DNA of 64,000 nucleotides. Source: Desulfobaccales bacterium. GTDB taxonomy: Bacteria; Desulfobacterota; Desulfobaccia; Desulfobaccales; 0-14-0-80-60-11. Both the position numbers and the translations under genes were made by a program. Below are positions 1 through 11,751 of the stretch, piece after piece (positions within the stretch are counted from its first letter, which is position 1; each line of letters begins with the position of its first letter). The stretch is from assembly GCA_049696835.1 (NCBI GenBank), contig JBAVUP010000128.1, forward strand, positions 25,085 to 89,084, written 5' to 3'. The notes under the pieces are model-generated. The model had not been told where the DNA came from and searched no databases. It worked only from the letters and a program-made list of their open reading frames with translations.

Positions 1-2
1 GG

Positions 3-2576
3 GTGGCGGGCACCGACATCGTCGGCGGCCTCAAGCGGGAGATCAGGGTGCACCTGGACCCCAACGCGGTGGAGAAATATGCCCTCACCCTAGCGGGGGT
101 GACGAAAAGGCTCCAGGAGGAGAACATTGAACAGTTCGGCGGCCGGGTGACTGTAGGTCGCCGGGAATTTATCGCCCGCACCATGGGTGAATACCGCTCC
201 CTGGACGACATCCGCAACGTGGTCCTGGCCAACAACAGCGCTGGCAAGATCTTCCTTAAAGACGTGGCCCAGGTGGAAGACGCCCACGAAGAGGTCCGGG
301 TAGTCACCCGCCAGGGGGGTACGCCCACCGTCAAGTTGAGCGTTCTCAAGCAGGCGGACGCCAACACGGTGGAAGTGGCCCGGGCGCTGAATAAAAGGAT
401 CGAGCAGCTCAAGCCCGCCATTCCGGCCGGCGTCCAGATGGGGATGGTGGAAAACCAGGCAGACTATGTTATCGCCGCCTTGAACGGGGTGCGCAACGCC
501 GCCATCGAAGCCTCAATCCTGGTCATCGTCATCATTTATCTATTCCTGGGAAGCTGGCGCCATGCCCTGGTGATGCTGTTGGCGCTCCCCATCACCTTGA
601 TTATCAATTTCGCCCTGATGCAGCTCATGGGCTTCTCCCTTAATATTTTTTCTCTGGGTGGCCTGGTGGTGGCCATCGGCGTGGTACTGGACAACTCCAT
701 CGTGGTACTGGAAAATATCACCCGCCTGCGGCATCTCCACCCGGATCAGTCGCCCGAAGAAGTGTCTGAGATCGGCACCGCCGAGGTGGGCTCCGCCATC
801 CTGGCCGCCACCCTCTCCTTTCTGGCCCTCTTTGTCCCCTTCCTCCTGGTGCCGGGCCTTACCAGCCTCCTCTTTCGAGAACTGATCCTGGTGATCGCGG
901 GCATCGTCTGCATCAGCCTGTTGGTGGCCATCACCCTGACCCCGCTGCTCACCGCCCTGCTTACGGGTAGACGGGTGGAATCCCATGATGAAGGCCGCTT
1001 CGCCCGGTTCTTCGCCTGGGTAACGGACCAATATGGGCGCTTGCTGGAGTTGGCCCTGCGGCGCCGCCTGGCCGTAATCGGGGCGTTTATCTTTCTGCTG
1101 GTGGGCGCCGTCGTCTTGTTCCCCTATCTGGGTAGCGAGTTTCTGCCCCGCATGGACGACGGCCGGATCATGGTGAAGGTCAAGCTGCCCACAGGCGCCT
1201 CCCTCGCCGAAACCAATAAAGTCTTGGGCCAGGTAGAAGCAAAGCTAGTGGGCGATCCCTCGATTGAGAGCTACGTCACCATGGCGGGCGGCAAGGTCTG
1301 GGGCCTGGCAACCTATGAAATCGCCAACGAAGGGCAGGTGGATATCCAGTTAGTGCCCCGCTATGCCCGGAAAATCGGCACCAAGGCTTATATAGCGAAG
1401 TTGAAAAAGACCCTGGCCCCCATCGCCATGCCCGGGGCCAAGCCCATGGTCATGCAGCCGCCGGTGAAGGGCATCCGCAAACTGGGGGATGCGGATATCG
1501 AGGTCAAGATCAAGGGCCAGGAATTGGACAAGCTCTTCGATTTGGCCCGTAAGACCTCGGAGTCCATGAACAAGCTGGCTCATTTCACCAACGTGTACGT
1601 GTCCATGGATATGACCAAGCCCGAATATCAGGTGGAGGTGGACCGGGTCCGGGCCGCGGAACTGGGGGTTTCGGTGGTGGATGTAGCCTCCACGGTGCGC
1701 TCCATGATCAGTGGGGCAGTGGCCACCCGCTACCGGGAGGGCGACTATTTTTACAACATCCGGGTGATGATTCCCGAACAGCATTTTACCTCCAAGCAGG
1801 AGGTGGAGAACCTGGTGCTGAACTGCGCCCAGGGTGGCTATTTGCGGCTTAAGGACGTGGCCCGGGTGATCCCCGCGGTGGGGCCGGTGGAAATCGCCCG
1901 GGAGGACCAGGTGAAAGAGGTCATCGTCCGGGGGGACGCCAGCGGCGTGAGCGTGGGCCAGGCCCTCTCCGAGCTCAAAGGGGCCCTGAGCAAGCTGACG
2001 ATGCCGGTGGGTTACGAAGTCTCTTATGGTGGCCAGGCCCAGATGATGGCGGAGATGCAACACGCCGTACTGCTCATCTTGGTCTTCGCCCTGTTCTTTT
2101 CTTTCGTGGTGCTGGCGGTGCAGTTCAATAGCCTGAAGCTTCCGGCCTTGATTCTGGCGTCTGTGCCCTTTTGCCTGGCGGGCATGGTTTACACCCTGTT
2201 CCTGACCGGGCTGCCGGTGGGCGCGACGGTGATCATCGGCGTCCTCATCGTGGTGGCCGCCACCATCAATGAAGGGGTGCTGCTCCTCACCTTCGCCGAG
2301 GAACTGAGGCAAAAGGAAAATCTTACGCCTCTGCAGGCGGTAATCAACGCCGCCAAGATCCGCCTTAGGCCCCGGCTGATGATCGCCCTGGCCATCATCT
2401 TCGGGTTCATCCCCCTGGCCCTGAACCTGGAAGAAGGCGGCGAGATGCTCCAGCCCATGGCCGCCGGGGCCATCGGCGGGCTGGCCCTGGGCCTGTTCGT
2501 GGCCCTGTTCCTGATGCCGTGTTTTTATGTGCTGACGGCTCACACCCGTAGACCACCCGGGAACGTCTCAAGTTAA
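3..2576 (+). CDS. RND efflux permease (AcrB/HAE-type), C-terminal ~857 aa; 5' end lies outside window
   Basis: ORF open at window edge. Alternating large soluble loops and multi-TM hydrophobic blocks. Same overall architecture as the intact RND pump at 13322-16429. Confidence 0.85.
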   Translation: MAGTDIVGGLKREIRVHLDPNAVEKYALTLAGVTKRLQEENIEQFGGRVTVGRREFIARTMGEYRSLDDIRNVVLANNSAGKIFLKDVAQVEDAHEEVRVVTRQGGTPTVKLSVLKQADANTVEVARALNKRIEQLKPAIPAGVQMGMVENQADYVIAALNGVRNAAIEASILVIVIIYLFLGSWRHALVMLLALPITLIINFALMQLMGFSLNIFSLGGLVVAIGVVLDNSIVVLENITRLRHLHPDQSPEEVSEIGTAEVGSAILAATLSFLALFVPFLLVPGLTSLLFRELILVIAGIVCISLLVAITLTPLLTALLTGRRVESHDEGRFARFFAWVTDQYGRLLELALRRRLAVIGAFIFLLVGAVVLFPYLGSEFLPRMDDGRIMVKVKLPTGASLAETNKVLGQVEAKLVGDPSIESYVTMAGGKVWGLATYEIANEGQVDIQLVPRYARKIGTKAYIAKLKKTLAPIAMPGAKPMVMQPPVKGIRKLGDADIEVKIKGQELDKLFDLARKTSESMNKLAHFTNVYVSMDMTKPEYQVEVDRVRAAELGVSVVDVASTVRSMISGAVATRYREGDYFYNIRVMIPEQHFTSKQEVENLVLNCAQGGYLRLKDVARVIPAVGPVEIAREDQVKEVIVRGDASGVSVGQALSELKGALSKLTMPVGYEVSYGGQAQMMAEMQHAVLLILVFALFFSFVVLAVQFNSLKLPALILASVPFCLAGMVYTLFLTGLPVGATVIIGVLIVVAATINEGVLLLTFAEELRQKENLTPLQAVINAAKIRLRPRLMIALAIIFGFIPLALNLEEGGEMLQPMAAGAIGGLALGLFVALFLMPCFYVLTAHTRRPPGNVSS

Positions 2577-2752
2577 TCACCCCCCTGACCCTGGCGCTGG
2601 TCTTCGTAATGCTATATCTTAACACCAGGTTCATGGCCAAAGTGACCATCGTCTTTCTGTGGTCACCTCCTTTTAATGGAACTGCTGATTTACCCCTGCA
2701 TTTTCGCTGTGGGAAGTGGAACTTCGAGGTGAAAAGGCGAAAAATTGCTTAA

Positions 2753-4543
<1,791 letters not shown>

Positions 4544-4551
<8 letters not shown>

Positions 4552-4870
4552 ACCGCAAGACACAGAAAAGCCACCGGTCCCGGAGGAGGAATTCTCCCGG
4601 CAGGTGCGGCGGAAAGAAGCCCGGAAGCTCAAGGCCAAGGGCCGCCAGGGAGAAGGGGTCTGGTTCGGCCTGGGGATGTTCGGCCTGATCGGCTGGTCGG
4701 TGGCCCTGCCGGCGGTGGCCGGGGCGCTGCTGGGGGCCTGGATCGACCGCACCTGGCCCAGCCGCTACTCCTTTACCCTGATGCTGCTCCTGGGCGGCAT
4801 CATCCTGGGCGCGCTCAACGCCTGGCATTGGGTCGGCCAGGAGCGCCAAAAAATCGAAAAGGATGAGTGA
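4544..4870 (+). CDS. atpQ: AtpQ/AtpI-like small membrane protein of N-ATPase operons
   Basis: 108 aa. Basic N-terminus followed by two TM helices (GVWFGLGMFGLIGWSVALPAVAGALLGAWIDR...LMLLLGGIILGALNAWHWV). Sits between atpC and atpB. Confidence 0.65.
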
Positions 4871-4876
4871 CTAACC

Positions 4877-5605
4877 ATGGAACTCAGTCTGGATAGCCTG
4901 GTGCTCTGGCAGCGGGGGCCGGTGCTGCTGAACGCCACCATTCTCTACACCTGGCTGGTGATGGCCCTCCTGGTGGTGGGGTCCTGGCTGGGGACCCGCA
5001 AGCTGTCCACCGGCGCCCAAATCTCCCCCTGGCAAAACCTGCTGGAGGTCCTGGTGGCGGGCGTTAGGGAGCAGATTCACCAGATCAGCCAGCAGGACCC
5101 GGGGCCGTACCTGCCGTTTATCGGCACGCTGTTCATCTTCATCTCTTTTTCCAATCTCCTGACTATTTTCCCGGGCTACCACCCGCCCACCTATTCCCTG
5201 TCGACCACCGCGGCCCTGGCCCTCTGCGTGCTGGCGGCGGTGCCTTTCTTCGGGATTGCCCGACAGGGACTGCGCGGCTACCTGAGCCACTACCTGAAAC
5301 CCACGGTGTTGATGCTGCCTTTTCATATTCTGTCCGAACTGACCCGCACCCTGGCCCTGGCGGTGCGACTCTTCGGCAACGTCATGAGCGGCGCCATGAT
5401 CGGGGCCATTCTCCTGGCGGTGGTGCCGCTGTTTTTTCCCCTGATCATGCAACTGCTGGAGCTGTTGATCGGCCAGGTTCAGGCCTTTATCTTCGCGGTG
5501 CTGGCCACCGTCTATATCGCCTCCGCCGCCCAGGCCCATGAAGAAAAGAGAGAAGTTATCTTACAAAGGCCGATTACCAAGCAGCAAGGGAGCGAGAAAT
5601 CATAG
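4877..5605 (+). CDS. atpB: F-type ATPase a subunit
   Basis: Polytopic protein with the conserved stator Arg in LAVRLFGNVMSG. Confidence 0.9.
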   Translation: MELSLDSLVLWQRGPVLLNATILYTWLVMALLVVGSWLGTRKLSTGAQISPWQNLLEVLVAGVREQIHQISQQDPGPYLPFIGTLFIFISFSNLLTIFPGYHPPTYSLSTTAALALCVLAAVPFFGIARQGLRGYLSHYLKPTVLMLPFHILSELTRTLALAVRLFGNVMSGAMIGAILLAVVPLFFPLIMQLLELLIGQVQAFIFAVLATVYIASAAQAHEEKREVILQRPITKQQGSEKS

Positions 5606-5619
5606 GAGGACACAAAAAC

Positions 5620-5898
5620 ATGAATGCAGTCACCATTATCGGCATCGTTTCCATCATCGTCGCCGGCCTGACCATCACTCTGGGTTCCATCGGCCCGGCT
5701 CTGGCTCAAGGCCGGGCCATCACCCAGGCCCTCGCCGCCATGGCCCAGCAACCCGACGAAGCCGCCACCATTGCTCGCACTCTCTTTGTCGGTCTGGCCA
5801 TGATCGAATCCTTGGCCATTTATTGCCTGGTGGTGGCCATGATCCTCATCTTTGCCAATCCTTTTTGGAATTACGTGATCGGAAAGCCTGGAGGATAA
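5620..5898 (+). CDS. atpE: F-type ATPase c subunit
   Basis: 92-aa hairpin protein. Helix 1 GPALAQG, helix 2 AMIESLAIY (carboxylate E with adjacent S and Y). Confidence 0.9.
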   Translation: MNAVTIIGIVSIIVAGLTITLGSIGPALAQGRAITQALAAMAQQPDEAATIARTLFVGLAMIESLAIYCLVVAMILIFANPFWNYVIGKPGG

Positions 5899-5902
5899 GA
5901 CC

Positions 5903-6679
5903 TTGCTGATCAACTGGTTTACCGTGGCCGCCCAGATCGTCAATTTTCTTATCCTGGCGGCCCTGCTGAAACGCTTCCTCTATGGTCCCATCGTCAGAGC
6001 CATGGCGGCCCGGGAGGAGAGGATCGCCTCCGAGATGGCTGTCGCGGCGCAAAAGAGGCGGGAGGCGGAGCAGGAAGAGGCTGCCATAACCCAGAAGATG
6101 CAAGAAATCCAGGCGCAGCGCCGAGAGATGCTGGCTCAGGCCGAACGCGAGGTGGAGACCTATAAGGCAAAACTTTTCGATCAGGCTCGGCAGGATGTGG
6201 CTCAAATCCAACAAAAATGGGCTGAGTCCCTGAAACGGGAGAAGGACACCTTCTTCCAAAGCCTCCGGCAACGCCTGGTCCAAGAGATTTTCGCCATCTC
6301 CCGCCGGGCCCTCGGGGAAATGGCGGACCAGGAATTGGAACAACGCCTGTTCATAGTTTTGCTGGACCGCCTCCAGCAAATGGCCCCGAAAGAGCGGCAG
6401 ATCATCCAGGACTCTATCCAAGCTGGGGGAGGCGAATTGCTGGTAACCACCGCATTTGAACTGCCCGAGAAGACCCGGGAAGAATACGCGGCCCAAATAA
6501 GGAATCAGTTCGGCCAGGGTCTGGCCTTGCGCTTCGCCACCTCCGGGGAATTGATAGCTGGCATCGAGATGTTCACCAGTTCTCGCAAGATCGCCTGGAG
6601 CCTGGGCAACTTCCTGGACACCCTGGAGGGAGATCTTTCCCAGGCCTTTGAAGAACTGGAGAAGAGAGGGGGCGCATGA
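5903..6679 (+). CDS. atpF: F-type ATPase b subunit, long form with delta/OSCP-like C-terminal half
   Basis: TTG start, N-terminal TM, long charged coiled coil. The C-terminus ([26 protein letters not shown]) resembles the delta C-terminus. No separate atpH gene. Confidence 0.75.
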   Translation: MLINWFTVAAQIVNFLILAALLKRFLYGPIVRAMAAREERIASEMAVAAQKRREAEQEEAAITQKMQEIQAQRREMLAQAEREVETYKAKLFDQARQDVAQIQQKWAESLKREKDTFFQSLRQRLVQEIFAISRRALGEMADQELEQRLFIVLLDRLQQMAPKERQIIQDSIQAGGGELLVTTAFELPEKTREEYAAQIRNQFGQGLALRFATSGELIAGIEMFTSSRKIAWSLGNFLDTLEGDLSQAFEELEKRGGA

Positions 6680-8202
6680 CCGAAGCGGGCAAGGAAATTC
6701 AGGCAGTTTTAGACGACACCATCACGGTCTTGAAGCAGGTCGTGGGCGCCCACCGGCCCGGGCTGCGGACCCAGGAGGTGGGTCGCGTCCGCTCGGTGGG
6801 CAACGGCATTGTCCTGGTGGCCGGCTTGCCAGGGGTAAGATCCGAGGAACTGATCCGCTTTCCCGGCGGACTGCTGGGGGTGACTTTCAACGTGGACCCC
6901 AGCGAAGCGGGGGTGATCCTGCTGGGCGAAACGGGAGATTTGCAGGCCGGCGCCGAGGCACGGCGCACCGGCGGGGTCCTGGATGTGCCGGTGGGTGAGG
7001 CATTGCTCGGCCGGGTGGTGGACGCCCTGGGCCGTTCTCTGGATGACTTGGGTCCCATTCGCACCCTGGAGCGCCGCCCGGTGGAACGAGAGGCGCCGTC
7101 CATCATGGCGCGCGCCCCGGTAACCGTGCCCTTGCAGACGGGCTTAAAGGTGGTGGACGCCCTGGTCCCCATCGGGCGGGGCCAGCGGGAGCTGATCCTG
7201 GGGGACCGGACGACGGGGAAGACCGCCATCGTCCTGGATACCCTGATTAATCAAAGGGATCAAGAGGTTATTTGCGTTTACTGCGCCATCGGCCAGCGGG
7301 ATAGCGCGGTGGCCGGCCTGATTGCCGATTTGCGCAAACAAGGAGTCATGGACTACTGCATCGTGGTGGTGGCCCCCGGAGAAGCCCTGCCGGGGCTCCA
7401 TTTTGTGGCGCCTTATGCCGCCACTTCCATGGCCGAATTCTTCATGGAGCAAGGGCGGGATGTCCTGATCATTTATGACAACCTCAGCAATCACGCCCGC
7501 TCCTACCGGGAGCTGTCCCTGCTGCTGCGGCGGCCTCCCGGCCGGGAGGCCTATCCCGGAGACATCTTTTATATTCATGCCCGGCTGCTGGAGCGCTCCA
7601 CCCACCTGCGGCCGGAGCACGGCGGCGGCTCCCTGACGGCCCTGCCCATTGTGGAGACCGAGGCCCAAAACATTGCCGCCTATATTCCCACTAACCTCAT
7701 CTCCATCACCGATGGACAGATTTACCTGACTCCTGGCCTTTTCCAGAAAGGCATCTTTCCGGCGGTGGATGTGGGCAAGTCGGTATCCCGGGTGGGTGGC
7801 AAGGCCCAATTGCCCGCCTACCGGGCCGTGGCCGGGGACCTGCGCCTGACGTATTCCCAATTCCAGGAGTTGGAAGCCTTTTCCCGGTTCGGCACCCGGC
7901 TGGATGAGCGCACCCGCAGGACCCTTGATCATGGCTATCGCGTCCGAGAAATCCTCAAGCAGAACCAGTTCGACCCCATGCCGGTGGCTCAGCAGATCGC
8001 GGTGTTGCTGGCGGTGACCCAGGGACTGTTTGACGCGGTCCCCCTGGACCGGGTGGCGGCCGCAGAAAAGGCGGTGCGGCACATGCTCTGCGAGGATATC
8101 CCGGACCTGTGTCAGCGCATCGAAGCCGGAATAAGCCTCGAAGGCGCGGATCGCGACCTCATTCTGAGTAAAGTCCGGGAGGCCATCGAGTCCCTGGCCT
8201 AA
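6676..8202 (+). CDS. atpA: F-type ATPase alpha subunit
   Basis: Walker [15 protein letters not shown]; 4-nt overlap with atpF. Confidence 0.95.
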   Translation: MTEAGKEIQAVLDDTITVLKQVVGAHRPGLRTQEVGRVRSVGNGIVLVAGLPGVRSEELIRFPGGLLGVTFNVDPSEAGVILLGETGDLQAGAEARRTGGVLDVPVGEALLGRVVDALGRSLDDLGPIRTLERRPVEREAPSIMARAPVTVPLQTGLKVVDALVPIGRGQRELILGDRTTGKTAIVLDTLINQRDQEVICVYCAIGQRDSAVAGLIADLRKQGVMDYCIVVVAPGEALPGLHFVAPYAATSMAEFFMEQGRDVLIIYDNLSNHARSYRELSLLLRRPPGREAYPGDIFYIHARLLERSTHLRPEHGGGSLTALPIVETEAQNIAAYIPTNLISITDGQIYLTPGLFQKGIFPAVDVGKSVSRVGGKAQLPAYRAVAGDLRLTYSQFQELEAFSRFGTRLDERTRRTLDHGYRVREILKQNQFDPMPVAQQIAVLLAVTQGLFDAVPLDRVAAAEKAVRHMLCEDIPDLCQRIEAGISLEGADRDLILSKVREAIESLA

Positions 8203-8272
8203 AAAGTTGGCGGCACAGGTTTTCTCTCCTGGGCCGGCGCAAGCTAAAGCCTACGGCTACCTTAGGGCGGCA

Positions 8273-9172
8273 ATGGAAACCATCGAGTCGTTAAGAAGAA
8301 AAATTGCGGTCACGGAAGACCTTCGGGAAGTGGTGAAAATCATGAAAACCCTCGCCGCGGTGAGCATCCGCCAGTATGAAAAGGCGGTGGAGTCCCTTCG
8401 CCAATACAGCCTCACCGTGGAGATGGGCCTGCAGATTGTGCTGCGTAGCAGCCAGGAGAATAGCGTTCAGCCGCCCCCGGCGGCCGGTGGGCGTTTGGGG
8501 GCCATTATCTTCGGCTCGGAATTGGGCATGTGCGGCCAATTCAATGAGATGCTGGTCTCTCATGCCCTGGACGAATTTCAAAAACTCCGGGTGGGACGGG
8601 AAAACCGGTCCATCATCGCCGTTGGGGACCGGGCGTTGTCCCGTCTGGAGGAGGCGGGAGAGGAAGTGGAGGCTTACTTTGCCGTTCCCGGCTCCCTCAG
8701 TGGCATCACCTCCCGGGTTCAGGAGATCCTCCTGAAAATTGAAGCTTGGCAATGCCCCGGGGGCGTGGAGCGGATCATTCTCTTCCACCATAAGCTGATT
8801 TCCGGCGCGGTCTTCCGGCCCCAGGCCGTGCCGCTACTGCCCCTGGATCCGGATTGGCTGGAAAATCTGCGGCAGCGGTCTTGGCCTTCCCGGGTCCTGC
8901 CCACCTACACCATGGCCCGTCCCCGGCTGCTTTATGCCCTGCTGGGCCAGCACCTCTTCGTTTCCCTGTACCGGGCTTTTGCCGAATCCCTGGCCAGTGA
9001 AAATGCCGCGCGGCTCGCCTCCATGCAGGCGGCGGAAAGCCATAGCGAAGACCGCTTGAAAGAACTGCGGCTGCAATACAACCAGCAGCGCCAGAGCACC
9101 ATTACCGAAGAACTTATGGATATTGTCGCCGGATTTGAAGCTTTAGCCGGAGAAAATACTGACGCAAGATGA
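8273..9172 (+). CDS. atpG: F-type ATPase gamma subunit
   Basis: Start moved to ATG 8273 (METIESLRRKI...), which gives a typical gamma N-terminus. C-terminal ITEELMDIVAG motif. Confidence 0.85.
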   Translation: METIESLRRKIAVTEDLREVVKIMKTLAAVSIRQYEKAVESLRQYSLTVEMGLQIVLRSSQENSVQPPPAAGGRLGAIIFGSELGMCGQFNEMLVSHALDEFQKLRVGRENRSIIAVGDRALSRLEEAGEEVEAYFAVPGSLSGITSRVQEILLKIEAWQCPGGVERIILFHHKLISGAVFRPQAVPLLPLDPDWLENLRQRSWPSRVLPTYTMARPRLLYALLGQHLFVSLYRAFAESLASENAARLASMQAAESHSEDRLKELRLQYNQQRQSTITEELMDIVAGFEALAGENTDAR

Positions 9173-9696
9173 AAGGAGTAGCGGCGGCGATGACTCGTAT
9201 AACGTGGCGCCGGGAACTGGCCTGGGCAATCGGCTTTCTGGGCCTGGCCGTGATTCTGGGGTTTATGTTCCATTGGCCCTTAGTGCAGGCGTCCTTGAGA
9301 GGAAACCTGACGGCACTGCTTGATCAGAAGCGCCAGGAACGCCGGGAAGTGCAATTCCAGGGAGTAAGAACTTTAGATCTGGCGCAGGCTTACCAGATCT
9401 GGCAAGAAAAGAGAGCCCTCTTCGTGGATGCCCGCAAGGCCGAAGAATATCAAGAGTTGCACGTCCAGGGAGCGGTAAATGTACCTCCGGAAACCTGGGT
9501 GGAGCTTCCATCTTCGGAATTGATGAAAATGGCTAAAACGCGAGAGCTGGTGGTCTACTGCAGCCAGGAAAGCTGCGACGACGCCCTCAAGCTGGCCAAG
9601 AAACTGAAGGCGGCCGGCTTTTCCCGGGTGCTGGCCTTCACCGGGGGCTTCCGGGCTTGGGATGAAGCCGGCTACCCGGCGGATACCAGTCGATAA
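9169..9696 (+). CDS. Membrane-anchored rhodanese-domain protein
   Basis: ATGA overlap with the atpG stop. N-terminal TM. Rhodanese core ...VQGAVNVP...VVYCSQESCDD...GGFRAWDEAGYP. Confidence 0.75.
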   Translation: MKGVAAAMTRITWRRELAWAIGFLGLAVILGFMFHWPLVQASLRGNLTALLDQKRQERREVQFQGVRTLDLAQAYQIWQEKRALFVDARKAEEYQELHVQGAVNVPPETWVELPSSELMKMAKTRELVVYCSQESCDDALKLAKKLKAAGFSRVLAFTGGFRAWDEAGYPADTSR

Positions 9697-9712
9697 CGAG
9701 AAGGGGGGAAAT

Positions 9713-10189
9713 TTGTCAGTCTCGGTTATGCGGTTCGTTTCCTCAGTGGTGGGTATAGTTCTGGGGGGGCTTTTTGTGTATGCGGGCGTCCAGAAGCACC
9801 TATCCCCCTATGAGTTCGCTGAAGCCGTTTTGGCCTACCGACTACTCCCATCAAGTCTGGTTGGACTGGTGGCCGCAACCCTGCCCTGGGTGGAGATGGT
9901 TTCCGGGTTCTCCTTGATCCTGGGATGCCTCCTGCGCAGCCGCCGGCTCTCCAACCCTTTTCCGATCGGCGGCATCCTCCGGCGCAGCGCCCTCCTGCTG
10001 ATCTTGGGCCAATCGTTCCTGTTTGTCGCCGTGCTGCTCATCACCATAGCCCGGGGCCTGAAAATTGACTGCGGTTGCGGCCTGTTCTTCCAGCGCCAGG
10101 TGGGGCCGGCGGCCATCCTGGAAGACGGATTCTTTCTGCTGCTGATCGGGCTGCTCTATTGGCGCGAGCGTAGGCTTAAATTCGATTAA
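9713..10189 (+). CDS. MauE/DoxX-family integral membrane protein
   Basis: Four predicted TM helices (VGIVLGGLFVYAGVQKHLSPYEFAEAVLAYRLLP...). TTG 9713 lies 4 nt after a GGGGGG SD; the alternative start is ATG 9728. Confidence 0.6.
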   Translation: MSVSVMRFVSSVVGIVLGGLFVYAGVQKHLSPYEFAEAVLAYRLLPSSLVGLVAATLPWVEMVSGFSLILGCLLRSRRLSNPFPIGGILRRSALLLILGQSFLFVAVLLITIARGLKIDCGCGLFFQRQVGPAAILEDGFFLLLIGLLYWRERRLKFD

Positions 10190-10242
10190 GCAATCTCGGA
10201 ATCAAGGGAGGCCGACGGCATGGCAAAAATGCTGAAAATCTC

Positions 10243-10404
10243 TTACCCCAAATGGGATTTCAAGCCCAGGTTTTCCTGCTGCTCCAACCGTTTGATCAAT
10301 TCCTTGAGCAGTTTCAGCGCCTCTGCGCCATCCTTATCCATGACGGCTCCCTTCATCCGGATAAATTCGCTTTCAGTTATGGTCACTACTAAATTCTTAC
10401 CCAT
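10243..10404 (-). CDS. Small hypothetical protein (53 aa), paralog of 10475-10702; not in ORF track
   Basis: Hand translation: MGKNLVVTITESEFIRMKGAVMDKDGAEALKLLKELIKRLEQQENLGLKSHLG. GGGAGG SD 8 nt upstream of the ATG. Confidence 0.5.
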   Translation of the reverse strand: MGKNLVVTITESEFIRMKGAVMDKDGAEALKLLKELIKRLEQQENLGLKSHLG

Positions 10405-10474
10405 GGCGAGGCCTCCCGGTTAACTATCAAAGGAAAGAGAAATTATGGCAGTCCCCCTGTCCTTGAGGAAATGG

Positions 10475-10702
10475 TCATCGACCCTTCTTTGCATCGAGCC
10501 GGTCGGTGATAAATTCCGGGGTCTTGCCCCGTTCCAGTTCAAAAACCGGGCGGCAATGAGGCTTGCTGGCGGCATCCACTTTTTTCTTAATCACGCTGGC
10601 CAGAAAATCCAGGGCCGCGTCTCGGTCTTCATCCAGCAAGATGGCATGGAGCCGAAACATGTCTTCCGGATAGAGGGTAATGACGGTGTTTTCCTTTAGC
10701 AT
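10475..10702 (-). CDS. Small hypothetical protein (75 aa)
   Basis: ATG 10702 is preceded by GGGAGGGG. Sequence MLKENTVITLYPEDMFRLHAILLDEDRDAALDFL... aligns with the 53-aa neighbour. Confidence 0.55.
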   Translation of the reverse strand: MLKENTVITLYPEDMFRLHAILLDEDRDAALDFLASVIKKKVDAASKPHCRPVFELERGKTPEFITDRLDAKKGR

Positions 10703-10774
10703 AGACACCCCTCCCTGCCGTGGCTTTTTGTAAGCTAATTCGAATCGAGATTGATAAAATCTCTTACCGCGCCC

Positions 10775-11209
10775 TCAGGTCTGCCGGCAGCCGCAGGTTG
10801 CCGTCCCCGTAACCTCAGGCCGGGCTTGCTCCCCAGCATCAGCCTGGAGCCGGCGCACCGCCTCCTTGACCCGGTCAATTTCGTCCCGCTTGAGATTCAT
10901 ATCCTTGTTCTTCTCAATCCCCAGATCGGTGACCACCAGGTAAGCCTGCAACCGCACTTCGGCATGTTCCAGCACCCCCTTGGCGCAGCCGACCTCGCAA
11001 CCGTCAATGACCACCAGATTATCGATATCCCTGGCTGACTGGACGAAACCGCTTAGGTGCGCGCCTACCCCGGCCAGGCAAGAAAGCTTGCCGAACCCCT
11101 CCTGGGTAAGCTCTATGGCGGCCTGGTTGGAAAGCTGCCCAACGTTGGAGCCTCCCGAACAGGCCAGAATCATGGTGATGACCGCTGGCTGACAACAATC
11201 TTTGCCCAT
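10775..11209 (-). CDS. DGC-domain putative zinc-binding protein
   Basis: ILACSGGSNVGQLSN...VIDGCEVGCAKG pattern typical of the DGC domain. Divergent from the ArsR gene. Confidence 0.7.
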   Translation of the reverse strand: MGKDCCQPAVITMILACSGGSNVGQLSNQAAIELTQEGFGKLSCLAGVGAHLSGFVQSARDIDNLVVIDGCEVGCAKGVLEHAEVRLQAYLVVTDLGIEKNKDMNLKRDEIDRVKEAVRRLQADAGEQARPEVTGTATCGCRQT

Positions 11210-11250
11210 AATTTATCCTCCTCAAAGAAAATATCGAATTGGACCTTGAT

Positions 11251-11280
11251 TTGACATGTTAAATTTCTATATAGTAATAT
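11251..11280 (+). promoter_or_regulatory. Candidate sigma70-type promoter for the ArsR-family gene
   Basis: TTGACA (11251-11256), 18-nt spacer, TAATAT (11275-11280). Overlaps a tandem ATATAGTA ATATAGTA. Confidence 0.35.
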
Positions 11281-11301
11281 AGTATTTTTCCGGGAGAGCA
11301 A

Positions 11302-11715
11302 GTGAAAATTTTGCTGAAGTCATTGAAAGCCCTGGCGGACGGCAATCGCCTCCGCATTTTTCGGCTCCTGATGGATCGGCCCCGCTGCGTCTGCGAACTT
11401 CAGGCCGCCTTGGGGATCGCCCAGCCCACCGTCTCCAAGCACTTGGGCATCCTGGAAGCAGCCGGCTGGGTGGATAAACAACGTCAGGGAAAAAATTTTA
11501 TCTTTTACCAACTTATTGAGGGGTTAGCTGAGGAAGATCACCGGGCTGAGCTGCTGCCCCTGTTAAGTCGCTGGCTGCTTGAAGACCCCGAGCTTACCTC
11601 CCTCAGCCGCCTGGCGCAGGATCTTAACCCGCAAGAGATTTTCAAAAGGGCGGAAAAGACCCAGTCCGGCTTCTGCCGGGAGTGCGGCGCCGAGATTACC
11701 CTGAATGACCGGTAA
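11302..11715 (+). CDS. ArsR/SmtB-family transcriptional regulator
   Basis: GTG start. LKALADGNRLRIFRLL...CVCELQAALGIAQPTVSKHLGILEAAGWV wHTH. C-terminal CRECG motif. Confidence 0.85.
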   Translation: MKILLKSLKALADGNRLRIFRLLMDRPRCVCELQAALGIAQPTVSKHLGILEAAGWVDKQRQGKNFIFYQLIEGLAEEDHRAELLPLLSRWLLEDPELTSLSRLAQDLNPQEIFKRAEKTQSGFCRECGAEITLNDR

Positions 11716-11751
11716 GACCAAACAAATTTATCTTTGAGGGGATGTCTCATC

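Noticed and set aside
1350-2543. 397-aa minus-strand ORF antisense to the RND permease gene
   Set aside because: It is a shadow ORF typical of high-GC DNA, rich in His/Gly/Arg/Pro with low complexity. It lies fully inside a well-supported gene on the other strand.
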